A program made the translations under genes and the position numbers. Of a stretch of DNA of 64,000 nt, positions 23,311 through 36,765 are shown piece after piece. Numbering within the stretch: position 1 is the stretch's first letter; the number at the start of each line of letters is the position of its first letter. Under the pieces are notes generated by a model that was given only the letters and a program-made list of their open reading frames with translations, was not told the origin of the DNA and did no database searches. Source of the DNA: Octopus vulgaris (taxonomy: Eukaryota); the NCBI GenBank assembly GCA_951406725.2, contig OX597829.1, positions 37,696,001 through 37,760,000 on the forward strand, written 5' to 3'.

Positions 23311-23660
23311 CTTCACCAGACCTAATTTCTGGCCTCCTTGTTACTACCCTGATTGTAATCCCATGGATTACTACCTGTGGTGTATAGTTGAGAAAGACAC
23401 GACAGCTCTTCCTGCAACACCAAGGCCAAGATGATGGCCATGGAGATCTTCCCAGGGACAGTGAGAAACACGTGCACAGGTTCCAGAACTGTCTTGGATC
23501 TGAGGTGGAAGCTGAGTGTGGCTACTTTGAGTAAATTGTCATCCCGCAGCCACAATTTAGCTGATATTTTCTGATTTTTTAAAATATCTTTATTCTTGGA
23601 TGGAATATTGTGTTTTCTTTCTTTTTATGCAAACTATCAAATTTAGCCCAAACACCCAGG

Positions 23661-23662
<2 letters not shown>
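23310..23662 (+). pseudogene. 3' relic of a maT/DD37D-like Tc1-mariner element
   Basis: PNFWPP...PDCNPMDYYLWCIVEKDT motif; ends ...CACCCAGGA-TA. Confidence 0.6.
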
Positions 23663-23693
<31 letters not shown>

Positions 23694-24819
23694 TTAGGCT
23701 TCTACACTGTCTCCTACTCACTAAGCTAGGTTTTTTCCTGAGCTTCCAGTAAAAACACTTAAAATGCCACACATGGGATTGAACCTGGTCCTCATATATT
23801 TCAGTGAAAAAGAATATGAACAAAACCAACGTACCCTTGAAAGACTCACACATTGATTTATGATATGTTTGCAGTTATTTAAGTTTCTACTTTTAAAGCT
23901 TATTTGCAAAACCAATTTGAAGAAGCCATTAGCATTACTGTAGTTGTTTGGCAGAATCATTAACAGTACCACTCAAAATGATGGTCTTTTATGTTCTGAG
24001 TTCAAATCTTGACTGGGCCAACATTACATTTCACCTTTTCCATTTCAGAAAATAAAATGCCAGTCACGTACTGAAGTGAACTTAATCAACTGTATTGTTT
24101 CCTTTGTGTTAATGGTAAAAAAATTTAAAATATTTATTAAAAATTTGAATTCATATTCTTGTCAAATTTAAACCTCATCAGATTACCACAAAACTTGCAA
24201 AGATTCTAACTATTTGTATAGAGAAAATATGCAAAATGTAAATTATTTATTTCAAGTGAAGATGAAAGTTTTTTGAGAAACATGTTATGATATACAGACA
24301 TATTGACATAATTCTGTTAACAGAAATATGCATGATATGAAGGGAGAGGAAAAAAAAAAATTCCTGTAACATACAAATTGTTGACATCAAAATTAAATTC
24401 CATAAAAAATTTATAAATGGAGATGGTAAAAAAACTGTGCAGATTATACAAATACCTAATTAAACAGGACCCCCCCCCCAAAAAAAAAATGAACAATGGG
24501 CAACCTTCCACTGATACATAATAAATATAAAACACCCACTCATTGTAAAAGACACTAACAACAGTGGAAGCATATTATAAGAAGAATGGTTATCATGAAA
24601 TCTAATGTTAATGGAACAAAAGTGATACCGTAGCATAAAAGCATTTTAGTTGTTTGTACTCTCCACCAAATTTTAAACAAATGTCCTACTTTACAATAGT
24701 AATAAAATTTCATAATAGTAACAAAACCCGCAATGATAACAATTTCCTATAACAATGGTACAATATTTTTTTGTTTTATTCTGGATGGTGAGCTATTGAA
24801 GAATCAGTGATACCAACCA

Positions 24820-25065
24820 TCATCATCGTTTAACATCTGTTTTCCATGCTAGCATGGGTTTGGACAGTTCGACCGGGATTTGGGAAGCTAGGAGGCTGCA
24901 CCAGGCTCCAGTCTAATCTGGCAGTGTTTCTACAGCTGGATGCCCTTCCTAACGTTGACCACTCCATGAGTGTAGTGGGTGCTTTTTATGTGCCACTGGG
25001 ACAGGGACAAGAGGAGGCTGGCAAAGGCCACGATTGGTTGGTGCTTTTTACGTGCCACCAGCATG
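24820..25065 (-). mobile_element. RTE-type LINE 3' tail
   Basis: (CAT)n CGTTTAAC...TTCCATGCTAGCATGGGTT...GGATGCCCTTCCTAAC. Confidence 0.8.
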
Positions 25066-26509
25066 GGTATCACAACTACAATTTCCATTTGATTTTTATT
25101 TTGATGTACTTGACTCAATACAATACCAGTAATTAACTAATACTTTTATTTAATTGACCCTGGAAGAATGAAAGATTAAGCCAATATTAGCAGGATTTGA
25201 ACTTAGAATGTAAAAAGCCAGAACATTTCTTATAATTGGCTCAAGATTGCAAATCTTTAAGGATTGAGTGTAGCCAATTCAGTTTTAGGGGTCAAGTATA
25301 GCCAGATCAACTTTAGTGGTGGAGTATAGTCAGTTCAAATTTAGGGGCTAAGTATAATTAGTTCAGTTTTAGGGATGGGTTTCAAAACAGGCATCTACCT
25401 CTAGAATTCATACCAGAATGTAACATGTAAGTAAGATGTAGCCCTCTCTCTTGTCCAGTATGGCAGTAATTCTGAATAATAAATAAATAGTCATGATGAT
25501 CTTTCCAACTCATGCCAGTATGGAAAATGGATGTAAAATTATTATTATCATTATTATGAAAAATAAAGTAGTAATCTGACAGAATCCTTAGTGCATCAGA
25601 CAGAATGCTTAGCAGCATTTCTTCTGAATTCAGATTCCACCATGGTTGAATTTGACTCTAATCCTCTCAGGGTTATGTCAATGTAATCAACTTTCTCCCT
25701 CCCCTAAAATTGTTGGCCTTGTGCTAACATTTGAAACCATTATTATTATTATTATTATTATTATTTAGGTGGTGAGCCAGCAGAATCATTAGCACACCAA
25801 GCAAAATGCTGAGCAGCATATTGTCCATGATTATGTCGTTTTGAGTTCAAATTCAGCTGAGGTTAACTTTACCTTTCATCCTTCCGGGGTCAATCAAATA
25901 AGTACCAGTTGAGTACTGGAGTTGATGTAATAGACCTTCCCCTTCCTCCAAACTGGTCTTGTGCCGAAATTTGGAACAATTATTATTATTATTATTACTT
26001 TTTTGCTGCTATTTATTATCTATATATCAATGTTTTTTTTTTATTGTTAATGTTTATCTCATACCCTTTTACTAAATGTAAATCAGCCTCATCTGTTTCA
26101 TGTTTGTTACTTTCCTTTGTGTTTTGGATTTGTAATGTTACCCAATCTCTTGAACCCTTATAAAAACTATAATGGTTTCTAATTTATGAACAAGGGTAGC
26201 AATTTTAAGGGAGAAGGGGAGGTTTAGTTGGTACCACCAGCTCCAATGCTAGACAGGTACTTTATTTTATTGATCCCTAAGCTATTTCATTCAACACTGA
26301 CTTATATTTCTTCAAACTCTTCACATTTTGAGTTCAAATCTCACTGAAGTCAACATTTGTCTGTCATCTCTCCAGGGTCAATAAAACAAGTAGCAGTCAA
26401 GTACTTGATCATGATCTCTTAAAATTGCTTGTCTCATGACTAAATTAAAAATAACTACTGCTACTGCAAATCATCATCATTACCACCATCATCAACAACA
26501 TCATCATCA

Positions 26510-26735
26510 TTCAGTAACTATTTTAATTGCATACTTCCACTGCACTAACAAACAGACAGTTTTGTGAGCCTTAGGTATGTAAAGCATTTTGCTTTGGTTT
26601 CATACTTTCTGTTGTACTTGCAGTATTCCATGCCATATATGACCAGTACCAAGTAGTACCATTTTCTCTATGTTATGCATATGTATACACCCTGAGGATT
26701 TGTTTATATAAGTTCCTGAGATTATATTTATATGG
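26510..26735 (-). pseudogene. Older R4/Dong-like 3' relic
   Basis: Minus frame NIEKMVLLGTGHIW resembles NIQKIVLLGTAHIL at about 21650; similar TTCAGTA junction with a trinucleotide repeat. Confidence 0.5.
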
Positions 26736-26737
26736 GG

Positions 26738-27294
26738 TAAAGACCCCCTTCAGTCACAAGGGACCATAGGATTGCACTTAGGAAGTTCCCTCTGTGTCAT
26801 AAGTCCAAGCAAGGTTGTTTTGTGAGAGACCAGCAGTTGCCCGTGCATACCAGCCTCCCCTCTCCATGCCACCAATGTTATCCAAGGGAAAGGCAAAGGC
26901 TGATTCAGCTTGGCACCAGTGACATCACAACTCATTTCAACAGCTGAGTGAAGTGGAGAAATGTGAAATAAAGTGTCTTGATCAAGAACATAACACACAG
27001 CCTAGTCTGGGAATCAAATTCACAACCTCATGATTGCAATTATTTACGTTATTTACATTTGATGGATATTTGTCCTCATCTTGTTTGCTGTTAACACGTT
27101 TCAGCTGATATACTCTCCAGCCTTCATCAGGTGTCTTGGGGAAATTTCGAACCTGAGTCCTCATTCCTAAGGTATTTTTTGATGTTGTTGTTATTATTAT
27201 TATTCAGGTCATTGCCTGGAATCAAACTCGGAATCTTGGGGCTAGTAGCCTGTGCTCTTAACCCAAAGATTCCAAGTTCGATTCCAGACAGTGA

Positions 27295-27328
<34 letters not shown>

Positions 27329-27550
27329 TATAATAATAATAATAACAACAACAACATCAACAACAAATATCTTAGGAATGAGAACCCAGGTCCTCATTCC
27401 TGAGACACCTGATGAAGAAGGCTGGAGGGTATATCAGCCAAAACATGTTAACAACAAACAAGACGAGGACAAATATCCATCAAATGTAAAGAATGTACTT
27501 AATTCCTCATCTCTAAAATATAGAACTCACGATTGCAAGCCAGATGCTCT
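26738..27550 (-). mobile_element. SINE family D interrupted in its head by the 27040-27525 element
   Basis: Body matches 16501-16838; the head resumes at 27526 (CTCACGATTGCAAGCCAGATGCTCT). Confidence 0.8.
27040..27525. mobile_element. Palindromic element: tRNA-like head, (TAA/CAA)n and hammerhead motif, with a 13-bp TSD
   Basis: Inverted arms at about 27045-27240 and 27263-27497. TSD CTCATGATTGCAA (27027-27039) / CTCACGATTGCAA (27526-27538). B-box GTTCGATTCC at 27276-27285. gacac-CTGATGA-a-ggctgg..tcagc(c/t)-GAAAC in the left arm; the right arm has AAAAC instead. Confidence 0.75.
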
Positions 27551-28419
27551 GTGAAAAAAAGCACCAAAAACACATGGTAAGGTAGTTGGCAATAGGAATG
27601 GCATCCAGCTGTAGAAATCACGCCAAGGCTGACAGTGGAGCTCGGTGCAGCCCTCCAGCTTACTCAGCTCTGTCAAACTGTCCAAACCATACCAACACGG
27701 AAAACAGACGTTAAATGAGTGATGATAATATGTGTCTGCTAAATTTTTCTTTGGTCATTATCAGAACAAATATTGCTGTTATAAGGATTGTTAACAGTCT
27801 TCATTTTGTAGTTATCTCTATTTCTAAACCATTACATTATCCTCTTCCAAGGACTAGGCAGGCAGCACATTGAAGAAGACACTTCCTTTCATGTTATTTT
27901 AGTCTGCTCAGCTGAAATTGAGTATCAACTGAGTGCTGGTTTAGCTCACCCCCCACCTTTCTCACTCTCATTCTCCCCCTTCAGCTGTACATATTACATG
28001 TTCCACTTAGTCATGAGTGAGAGAGGGCCAAGAGTGTATGTATGCCTTCTTACAACTATGTAAACACTTAAAAAAAGTTAGTGAAATCACGATACTTGTT
28101 ATCAAATCATACTTGCTTGTATACAGTTATCATCATTTATCTTTTACTTATTTCAGTCACTGGACTACAGCTATGCTGGGACATTGCCTTTAAGGGTTTT
28201 ATTGAACAAAATGACCCCAATACTTATTTTTTTAAAGCCTGGTACTTATTCTATCAGTGTCTTTTGCCAAACCATTAGGTTACAGTGACATAAACAAACC
28301 AACACTGGTTGTCAAGCAGTTGTGAGGACAAACACATACATATGATGGGCTTCTTTCCATTTCTGTCAACCAAATCCATTCACAACGCTTTGGTCAGCCT
28401 GAAGCCATAGTAGAAGACT

Positions 28420-28652
28420 AAGGTGGCGAGCTGGCAGAAATGTCAGCATGCCAGGCGAAATGCTTAGCGGTAGTTTGTCTGCTGTAACGTTCTGAGTTCA
28501 AATTCCAGAGGTCGACTTTGCCTTTCATCCTTTTGGGGTCGATAAATTAAATACCAGTTACGCACTGGAGTCGATGCAATCACTTAATCCCTTTGTCTTT
28601 CCTTGTTTGTCCCCTCTGTGTTTAGTCCCTTGTGGGCAATAAAGAAATAAGA
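28420..28652 (+). mobile_element. SINE family B nested in a decayed family A copy (28140-28420, minus strand)
   Basis: GGTGGCGAGCTGGCAGAA head and Nin-like core; AGAAGAC flanks both sides as a possible TSD. Confidence 0.85.
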
Positions 28653-28674
28653 AGACACATCATTTTCATTTTTG

Positions 28675-28711
<37 letters not shown>

Positions 28712-29849
28712 TTAACTATGGGATTGAGAATAAAATAAATAAAATAAAAATTTTCTTCAATGTTTTAATTCTAAGCTTAAATATTTTTCCTTTTACATCA
28801 CCATCATCATCATGATTGTTTCTAAGCCAGGAATTTAGAAATGGGGAGGTTAGTTAATACAATTGCTTCCAGTACAAGACTGAAACATACCATATTTTAT
28901 TCATCCAGGAGGAATGATAGGCAAAACTGACTTCAGTTAGATTTGATCTCATGACCGAACAAAAACTGCAAGGCTTTTTTTTTCTTTTTTTTTTCTGGCG
29001 TTATAATGATTCTGCCAGCTTGAATAATAGATTCTTTCATGGCTACAAGTTAACAAATAAGGATGGAAGACCCACAAAATTGATTGACAGGAGAAAAACA
29101 TCCCCACAAAACATGTAATGAGATGATTTCCAAATTTGGCACAAAACCACACAATTTTGAAGAGAAGTGTACCTTGATAAAATAGACAGTTTCCAGAAGG
29201 GTCAAAGACAAAGTAGACTAACAGGATTTGATTTTGAAGCAAAAAGTATTAAGAGAAAAATTTCTAACATAGGCTCAAGGCCAGAAATTTTAAAGGTGGA
29301 GTGGGTTAATTAGAGTAACTCCTGTACTTGATTAGTTCTCTATTTTACCAACCTCAGAAGGATGACAGACATTCTGCCAGATGCTCTAACAATTCTGCTG
29401 ACCCAATAAATAGTATATTTCTATGATATATAATAATTAATTTGCTAGAAATAGCAGCCAAATTCCTCTGAAATCACACCATGTTGGCTAAAAAAAAAAT
29501 GATTTAAAAAAAGGAAGGTCAAATTCGTCATTCTAATCACAGATGTATAAAAGGATGGGATGGTCATGGCTGAAATGCCTTTGATCATAGGACTGATCAA
29601 TCAAGGCTGGCAACAATATCATCAGCAACCCACCTTTCATTTGATTATATATCCTACTAGTACAATAAAAATTGGTTCGTATGCCCACTCTCCCTCCATA
29701 CCATGCATGTCACTGTTAACAGAATTATGTCAATATGTCTACATATCATAACATGTTTCTGTAAATAACTTTCATCTTCACTTGAAATAATTTACCTTTT
29801 GCATATTTTCTCTATACAAATAGAATCTCTGCAAGTTTTGTGTTGTTAT

Positions 29850-30290
29850 GGCGAGCTGGCAGAAACGTTAGCAGGCCGGGCGAAACGCGTAGCTGTATTT
29901 CGTCTGCCGTTACATTCTGGGTTCAAATTCCACCGAGGTCGACTTTGCCTTTCATCCTTTCGGGGTCGATAAATTAAGTACCAGTTACGCACTGGGGTCG
30001 ATGTAATCGACTTAATCCATTTGTCTGTCCTTGTTTGTCCCCTCTATGTTTAGCCCTTTGTGGGCAGTAAAGAAATATATTAAGGTGGCAAGCTGGACAA
30101 AATACTTTGCAGCTTTTTGTCTGTCTTTACATTCTGAGTTCAAATGCCAGCAAGGTCGACTTTGCCTTCATCCTTTTGGGGAGGGGGGGGGGGGGGCTGA
30201 TAAAGTAAATATCAGTGGAGCACTGGGATCAATGTAATTGACCCTCTCCTAAAACTGCTGGCCTTGTGCCAAAATTTGAAACCATTGTTA
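29850..30290 (+). mobile_element. Two tandem SINE family B copies (young 29850-30075, older 30082-30290)
   Basis: Two successive heads with GGTCGACTTTGCC(T)TTCATCCTT cores. Confidence 0.8.
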
Positions 30291-33142
30291 TTATTATTGT
30301 TGGAAAGTGAGGGTAGAGAGGTGTTGCCAGGTGAAAATTGCATGGTTTAGTGGGTTTATTCTAACAATGCTGCTGTCAGTTGCTTGACAGAACAGTGAAA
30401 AGGTACTTGCCTTACAGGTGTGGGTGTAGGGTGGGTGGGCAATGATTACACCTGGGTATTCTGAGGTTGTGTTGAGATGTTAACATATCGAGTGACCTCT
30501 CCTATTAACTTTAAGGGTCCTTGCTTGATACTATGAGGTTTTACATTGTTGTTACTTATTAGTTATGTTTTTATTGTTATTATTGATTCACCCCCATCTC
30601 TTTAACTTAATGTACATTGATCCTATTCTTTCCATTTTTTAAATATTTTGTATTTTGTCTTTGTAATGTTCCCAATCATTACTGAATCATTACAGCGCCA
30701 AACTAAATGTCGTGTGGTAGTTTTACATCATTTTACATTCTGAGTTCAAATCAAGTGGAGATCAACTTTTGCTTTCCATCCTTCCGGAATAAAAAAAAAA
30801 ACTAAATAAAAATAAAAAATAAAAAAAAACTAGAGTACCAATGAAGTGAGTACATCAACTCATCTCCTTCCTTTAAAAACACCATTGTCCTTTTAAACAC
30901 TTGTTCACAGTTGTGGATTTGTATTGTTAAAGCCTTGAAAGAAATTGCAATATTAGCTTCAGGTTTTTATGTTCCAAATTCAAATGTTGCCAACAACCTT
31001 GCCTTTTATCCCTGCGAGTTGATAAAATAAAGTACCAAACAGATACTAGGAATCAACAGCCTCAACTAAAGACTTGTGGTACTTAAATTTGAAACTTTTA
31101 TAGTACATAACCTCACAATTACAAAAAAAAAATTTTTAACCCAAAAGACATTTTATTTTTTAAAAATTTAAAAACCCATTGAAAATACAAAAAGAAATAT
31201 TTAAATGATTCCCAATAGCTACTGGAGTCTAAGGCACCTGTCTGCAACAAGTGCCTTGACTACTTAAAATGTAAGAGGTAAGTTTACATTAAACTGGTGT
31301 ACATCACCATCAAATTGGTGTATATTGCCCTGCTATTACAGCTGTGCTGGTTACCTACCTGCCAGCCTGAGTAGAGCAGGCATCACTTAAGAAATTTAGC
31401 TAATTGAAACAATAGTGAAAAGGTATTTTGCCTCAGTACAATGTGTGTTCAGAATATAATGCAACCTTAATTTCTGTCTCCACAAATAGGTTTATTTTAT
31501 ACTCTTATCAGCTGACAGAATTGTTAGGGTGTTAGACAAAATGTCAAGTAGAATTACTTCTGGCTCTTTATGTTCTGAGTTCAAATTCCATCGGGGTCGA
31601 CTTTGACATCCCATCCCTGCTGGGTGTTGATAATATAAAGTTCCAGTTAAGTAGTCGGGTTTGATGTAATCAACCATTCCAATCCCCCTGAAATTGCTGG
31701 CCTAGTGCCAAAATTAGAAAAAATCACTATGTTGTTTTTCTCTTTCTCTTTTTTTTTCCTGACACCCAGATATAATGCTACCCTCTCTCCCAATTTAGAA
31801 CCTGAATGTTTTTGTATTAAATATCTCATATTATATAAGTGTAAATGGTATAAGTACATAAACAGCTAGTGTGGTTAAGAAGTTTGTTTTGTAACCAAAT
31901 GGTTCTAGGTTCAATCTCACCAAGCACCATCTTGGCAAATGTCCAAATGCCTTCTATTAAAGAACTGAACTGAACTGACCAATGCAGTGAGTAGAATTTG
32001 GCAGGATACTGCATGGAGGCCCACTGTAATACACACACACATACATGAAAAGGTGCCAGATTGAAAACTACTGGGGTTAAGATTGACTAAACTCTTGAGA
32101 GTAGTGCCCCAGCAGGGCCACAAATATGACTAAAATCAGTAAAAGAATTCAACAAAAAATTGTTTGAGAAACAACAGTAACTCACAAGTTGCTAAGCGTG
32201 TGCACACACATGCACGCAATAGCATAAATACATACATACATACATACATACATACATACAGGATGCACAGTTTGATGCATACATACAAAATACCCCAAAA
32301 CAAATTTATGCATCTAAATACATCCATATTATATATGTGCATAAACAATTACAAAATTTGTGGCATGTACAATATCATAAGGGTATATATTTTGAAACAG
32401 AACCTCTACAGAAAAACAGACACACACACACACACACACACTTTACATACATTTAACACATCTACATACATTCAGCCATGCAAAATAAACAAACACATGA
32501 TTTATGCATAAACGCACATAAACACACACAAACTCATACATAAAGAATGATAAATTAGAAGAATGATTGAATAAAATGCCTTCCAATATTCGCTCTAGTT
32601 CTATACATTTCGAAATCAAATTCTACTCTGTGTCACCATTGCTTCGAACTTGTGAGGTTGATAAAAGGCAATCTTTCGGTAAAGATCTATGATGTTGTGA
32701 GTGACTGTGCGACATTGTGTTTCATCTGTTTGACAGAGCCGGACAGCCAAACACACTTTTGCACACACACTGAAGACCGACTGATGTCAGTATAACAATT
32801 CTGAAACAATGCCTTGATAAAAATAAAGTACCAGTCACATATGCTGGAACAATTTAATTAATTGCTGATCTGTGTCAACATAAATGGACTGGCATTATTC
32901 TGTAGGGTCCCAAATCCCTTCATATGATTTGTAAAACCAATATCTTTAATGGTCATTCCATTTGGAATTTGATCATGGTCTAATTACATCCTCTAATATT
33001 ACTGGATGTACACCTAATTATCTATCTAGTTACCTGTGTATGTACACACGCATACTGGTCTGGAAGAGCAAACAGGAAAAATTTGGTGCCATGCATGAAA
33101 CTCTCGGTCCTTGAGTCATTTTTGTAACTTTACAATAATAAC

Positions 33143-33188
<46 letters not shown>

Positions 33189-33258
33189 TGCAAATACATA
33201 GGATCACATCCACACACACACATATACACACTACTGGCCAGCAATCATCTTCATATAC

Positions 33259-33487
33259 CTATTTCTTTATTACCCACAAGGGGCTAAACACAGAGGGGAC
33301 AAACAAGGACAGACATAGGTATTAAGTCGATTACATCGACCCCAGTGCGTAACTGGTACTTAATTTATCGACCCCGAAAGGATGAAAGGCAAAGTCGACC
33401 TCGGCGGAATTTGAACTCACAACGTAACGCAGACGAAATACCGCTAAGCATTTCACCCGGCGTGCTAACGTTTCTGCCAGCTCGCCG
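33259..33487 (-). mobile_element. SINE family B, young CpG-rich copy
   Basis: Near-identical to 42800-43022 and 29850-30075. Confidence 0.88.
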
Positions 33488-34039
33488 ATATACCTAACAC
33501 CTCTGAGTACTGCCCACTTCCACAAAATATGTGGAACTATTAGAAAAAATAAGAATATGGGAAAACAAAGCTGAAATTTAAGGTGAGATAAGGGTTATTA
33601 TTTTTTTAAAACTAGTACTCAGAGAGAAATTGTTGAGTTTGTTCGACTGAGTAAAGCCAGTGAATAAATGTACACACACACACACACACAACAAGTTAAA
33701 CTCATTCATAAATACAAATTCTTGATACTCAGAAATATAATATAATCAAGAATATATAATCTGAAAAGTGCAAAGGGAATTCACATTTACATATAATAGA
33801 TACACTTAGCTATTGAAAAACACTAAGACATACTGCACATAAATAAAAAATCTGTGGTATGTGTGTGTGTGTGTGTGTATATAAACACATAAAACATACA
33901 ATCATGCACATGCTTGCTTAAAATCTGGAATACACATATATGTAAGCATATACACTCATATACAATGCATATGAATAAACACCGGTAGATGCATATATGT
34001 GTGTACACATGAATGCAGACGTGTGTGTGTGTGTGTGTA

Positions 34040-34109
<70 letters not shown>

Positions 34110-34630
34110 TATATATACACACACACAAACACTGTACATACAGGAGGCCCACAGAGAATAACATGTTGATACAAAAAAGACCACATTGAGAACAGAAGAA
34201 AATACAAACACCATCATCATCATCATCAAGACAAACAAAACAGCAAAAAGAAAATGAAACTAGAAAATATGAAAAATTCAACAATGCGCACATGCACACA
34301 CACATATATATATATATATACACACACACATTCACATACAGAAACATATTCATACACACACACACGCACATATATATATACAAATAATACATACTTCAAT
34401 CCCCAACGTTTTAGTGCATATGAATACATCCTTGTGTGTGTTGAGGATGTGGGGTATATAGTGTGTAGATCAAACAAACTGCAGAATCCATTTTGTGTTT
34501 TGCACGGTAGGCAGGACGAAATATATGAACATGTATCTGTGTATAAACATCCAGGATCACATTAAAAGCATTGAAGAACATACATACATAAATATACACA
34601 TATATATGTATGTATGTGTGTATATATATT

Positions 34631-34667
<37 letters not shown>

Positions 34668-35165
34668 TTATATATCCTTGCCAATAATCAGTTTGAGTTG
34701 GAGTACGAAAACTATGTGCATGCACTGCTATTACTTAGTGAGGGAGGCGAACATGGATGGTGTGTATTGGGGGGGTGGGAGTTACCAGAGAGTGTGTGTG
34801 GGGGTGGTACCATGAACAGAATAGTGATTGGGAAGGGGAATGGGTTGGTTTAGGTTGGGAGGTGAGGGAGGGGATGGTTTCGTTATGAGGATGGGATGAT
34901 GCTGGTGGTGGCGTTAGAGGTTGTTGGTGATGTTAGTACCGACAGTGGCAGCAGCAGCAGCAGTAGTAGTGGTGGTGGTGGTGATGATGGTAGTGGGTGT
35001 GATAGTGATGGTGATGATGGTGGTGGTGGTGGTGGTGGTGACGGTGGCAGTGGATTGGGGGTGGGGTGGATAGCATGCAAGTGAACATCTTGAGCATCTC
35101 GGATTCCTCGGCAGTAAGAAAAGAAAAGAAGAGAAGTTTGCTAAAAGTTGGAAGAAAAGTTATAA

Positions 35166-35202
<37 letters not shown>

Positions 35203-35781
35203 AAAAGAAACAAACAATAAGAGAAAATAAAATACAAAAATGGAACCAAAATCAAAACAATAATGAAAAAGAACAAAATAATAAATAAATAAATAAATTG
35301 ATGGGTATTTATAGACAGAAGAGCCAAAAAAGCTTCTGTCTACATCTGATCTGGTTACATATGTTAGTTGTGTAGTTTGTGTGTGTGTGTGTGTGAATGT
35401 GTATATGTATGTGTGTTGGTGTGCATGCGAGAGAAACTGCATACGTATATGTGTGCGTGTGGGTATAGAACTTAACATTGTCTTTTGGGACGCGTCAAAT
35501 CATATCGTAGTGACATTGCAGGTATACAAATACACACTCATACTGAATCGCTCTCTATCTGTCTCTCACACATGTACGTACACACATGTATGTACACTGA
35601 TAAAAAAATTTTTGAAATGTAATTATCTTTTGAATGCAGATAGTACACAAAAGGTGCAACAAGGAATATCACATTGGCACCAAAAATTTAGGATTATTTC
35701 TATTTTCTTTTGGTTAGTATATTTCTCTGGAGAACACATTATACTCTCTCTCTCAATATATATATATATATATATATGTAT

Positions 35782-36078
35782 ATCACCATGATCACCGTGA
35801 CCGACCAGGCTATCAGATGTTGCTACACATCGCTGGTCACAATGCGCTTCGCATTGTTTTAGCCTTCAAATGATGCCACCTCGCTGGCTAAGCGAGCAGG
35901 CCAACAGAAGAAAGAGTGAGAGAAAGTTGTGGCGAAAGAGTACAGCAGGGATCGCCACCACCTGCTGCCAGAGCCTCGTGGAGCTTTAGGTGATTTCGCT
36001 CAATAAACACTCACAATGCCCGGTCTGGGAATTGAAACCGCGAGTCCGCTGCCCTAACCACTGGGCCATTGCGCCTCC
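35782..36078 (-). mobile_element. tRNA(Arg)-like SINE family C (resembles the octopus OR-type SINEs)
   Basis: Head GGAGGCGCAATGGCCCAGTGGTTAGGGCAGCGGACTCGCGG with TCG at the anticodon position. Copies at 40006 and 60112. Confidence 0.8.
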
Positions 36079-36086
36079 ATATATAT

Positions 36087-36121
<35 letters not shown>

Positions 36122-36144
36122 CACACACACACACACACACATAT

Positions 36145-36536
36145 TCTTTTAAGTCATTTGACTGTGCCCATGCTGGAGCACCGCCTTGAAAGTATTTTAG
36201 TCAAACGAATTGACCGCAGGACTTATTTCTTAAGCCTAGTATTTATTCAATTGGTCTATTTTGCTGAACGACTAAGTTACAGGGATGTAAGCACACCAAC
36301 ACCAGTGTTCAAATGGTGATTGGGGGGAGGGGGCAAACACAGACAGACAGACAGACACACACACACATTATTATTTGATGGGCTTCTTTCAGCTTCTATC
36401 TACCAAATTTACTCACAAGGCTTTGGTTGGCGCAACATTATAGTAGAAGACACTTGTCCAAAATGCCATGTGGTGGGACTGAACCCAGAACCATGTGGTT
36501 GGGAAGCAAGCTTCTTACTACACAACCATGCCTGCA

Positions 36537-36537
<1 letters not shown>
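36145..36537 (-). mobile_element. SINE family A, older copy
   Basis: Diverged match over the full length. Confidence 0.8.
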
Positions 36538-36601
<64 letters not shown>

Positions 36602-36699
36602 TTACCCCTCAGTTAGATAATTACTACTTCTAAGGTGCTGCTAGCTATGGAACATGTGTAGCCTGGATTTCTGGATTTTATCTATTCCATTCACTAATT

Positions 36700-36765
<66 letters not shown>

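Noticed and set aside
25255-25378. TTAGGG-containing repeats as interstitial telomere or a CRISPR-like array
   Set aside because: The hexamers are isolated within a 28-29-bp degenerate unit, there are no unique spacers, and the context is eukaryotic.
33823-34477. Long ORFs (up to 189 aa) rich in YI/CV/TH; similar ones at 46206-46626, 40205-40510 and 20504-20779
   Set aside because: Translations of (TA)n, (TG)n and (CATA)n microsatellites, which lack stop codons.
34883-35478. Poly-His, poly-Pro or poly-Gly ORFs
   Set aside because: Trinucleotide low-complexity sequence open in several frames on both strands; the only acceptor candidate is a weak GAG.
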